Part shown: in pieces, positions 63,689 to 64,000 of the stretch
How the letters are laid out: every line of letters begins with the position of its first letter
Position numbering within the stretch: the stretch's first letter is position 1
Notes under the pieces: model-generated
The model's database searches: none
What the model saw: the letters and a program-made list of their open reading frames with translations, nothing else
Told to the model about the DNA's origin: nothing
Source: Lytechinus pictus
Taxonomy: Eukaryota
Direction of reading: 5' to 3'
DNA: 64,000 nt
NCBI RefSeq assembly: GCF_037042905.1
Contig: NC_087252.1
Location: 25,794,001 to 25,858,000 of the forward strand
Position numbers and translations under genes: made by a program

Positions 63689-63945
63689 CAGTGGCGTACC
63701 TAGGATTTTCCACAGGGGGGGCAAAATCGTCCGCCAAAAAATTTGACAAGCCAAAAAAAAAAAAAAAAAAAAAGTCTTCAAGCTCGTCAGGGGAGGCAAA
63801 AAAGGTCTTCAACCTCGTCAGGGGGGGGGGGGGCAAAACAGGTTTTTCAAGCTCGTCAGGGGGGCAAAAAAGGTTTTTCAAGCTCGTCAAGGGAGGCATG
63901 TATACGTTTTTTTCATTGGTTGTGACTCGTCGGGGGGGGGGGCAG
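63689..63945. mobile_element. hAT-like MITE of the same family as 44675-45018 (opposite orientation), interrupted by another repeat at ~63946
   Basis: Starts CAGTGGCGTACCTAGGATTTTCC. The interrupting CCCGGGG...AAAAAAGTGGTAGGGGTGTGCCGCGG repeat also occurs at ~30978. Confidence 0.8.
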
Positions 63946-64000
63946 ACCCGGGGGGGGGGGGGCACTCGACCAAAAAAGTGGTAGGGGTGTGCCGCGGGCG

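Overview
AT-rich eukaryotic (animal) DNA. The repeat repertoire and the Ig exon look most like an echinoderm such as a sea urchin; this is an inference, not proven. Most of the window is nested transposable elements: a non-coding LTR retroelement (tRNA-Leu PBS, PPT) carrying a head-to-head Tc1 palindrome, a nearly intact CR1/L2-group LINE ORF2, a decayed I-group LINE with RNase H, two Harbinger-type elements, a ~26 kb TGT...ACA foldback nested in two MITEs, many MITEs and several satellites. The only credible host coding sequence is a minus-strand phase-1/phase-1 immunoglobulin-domain exon (29927-30331), followed by a candidate 6/9-nt microexon. Two signals stand out. (1) Three copies of a ~180-bp SINE whose head is a 7SL/SRP RNA Alu domain, i.e. 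an Alu-like SINE in what appears to be an invertebrate. (2) An 8 x ~335-bp homogeneous tandem array of tRNA-like Pol III units with an inverted cap. Most ORFs in the supplied track are spurious translations of repeats.
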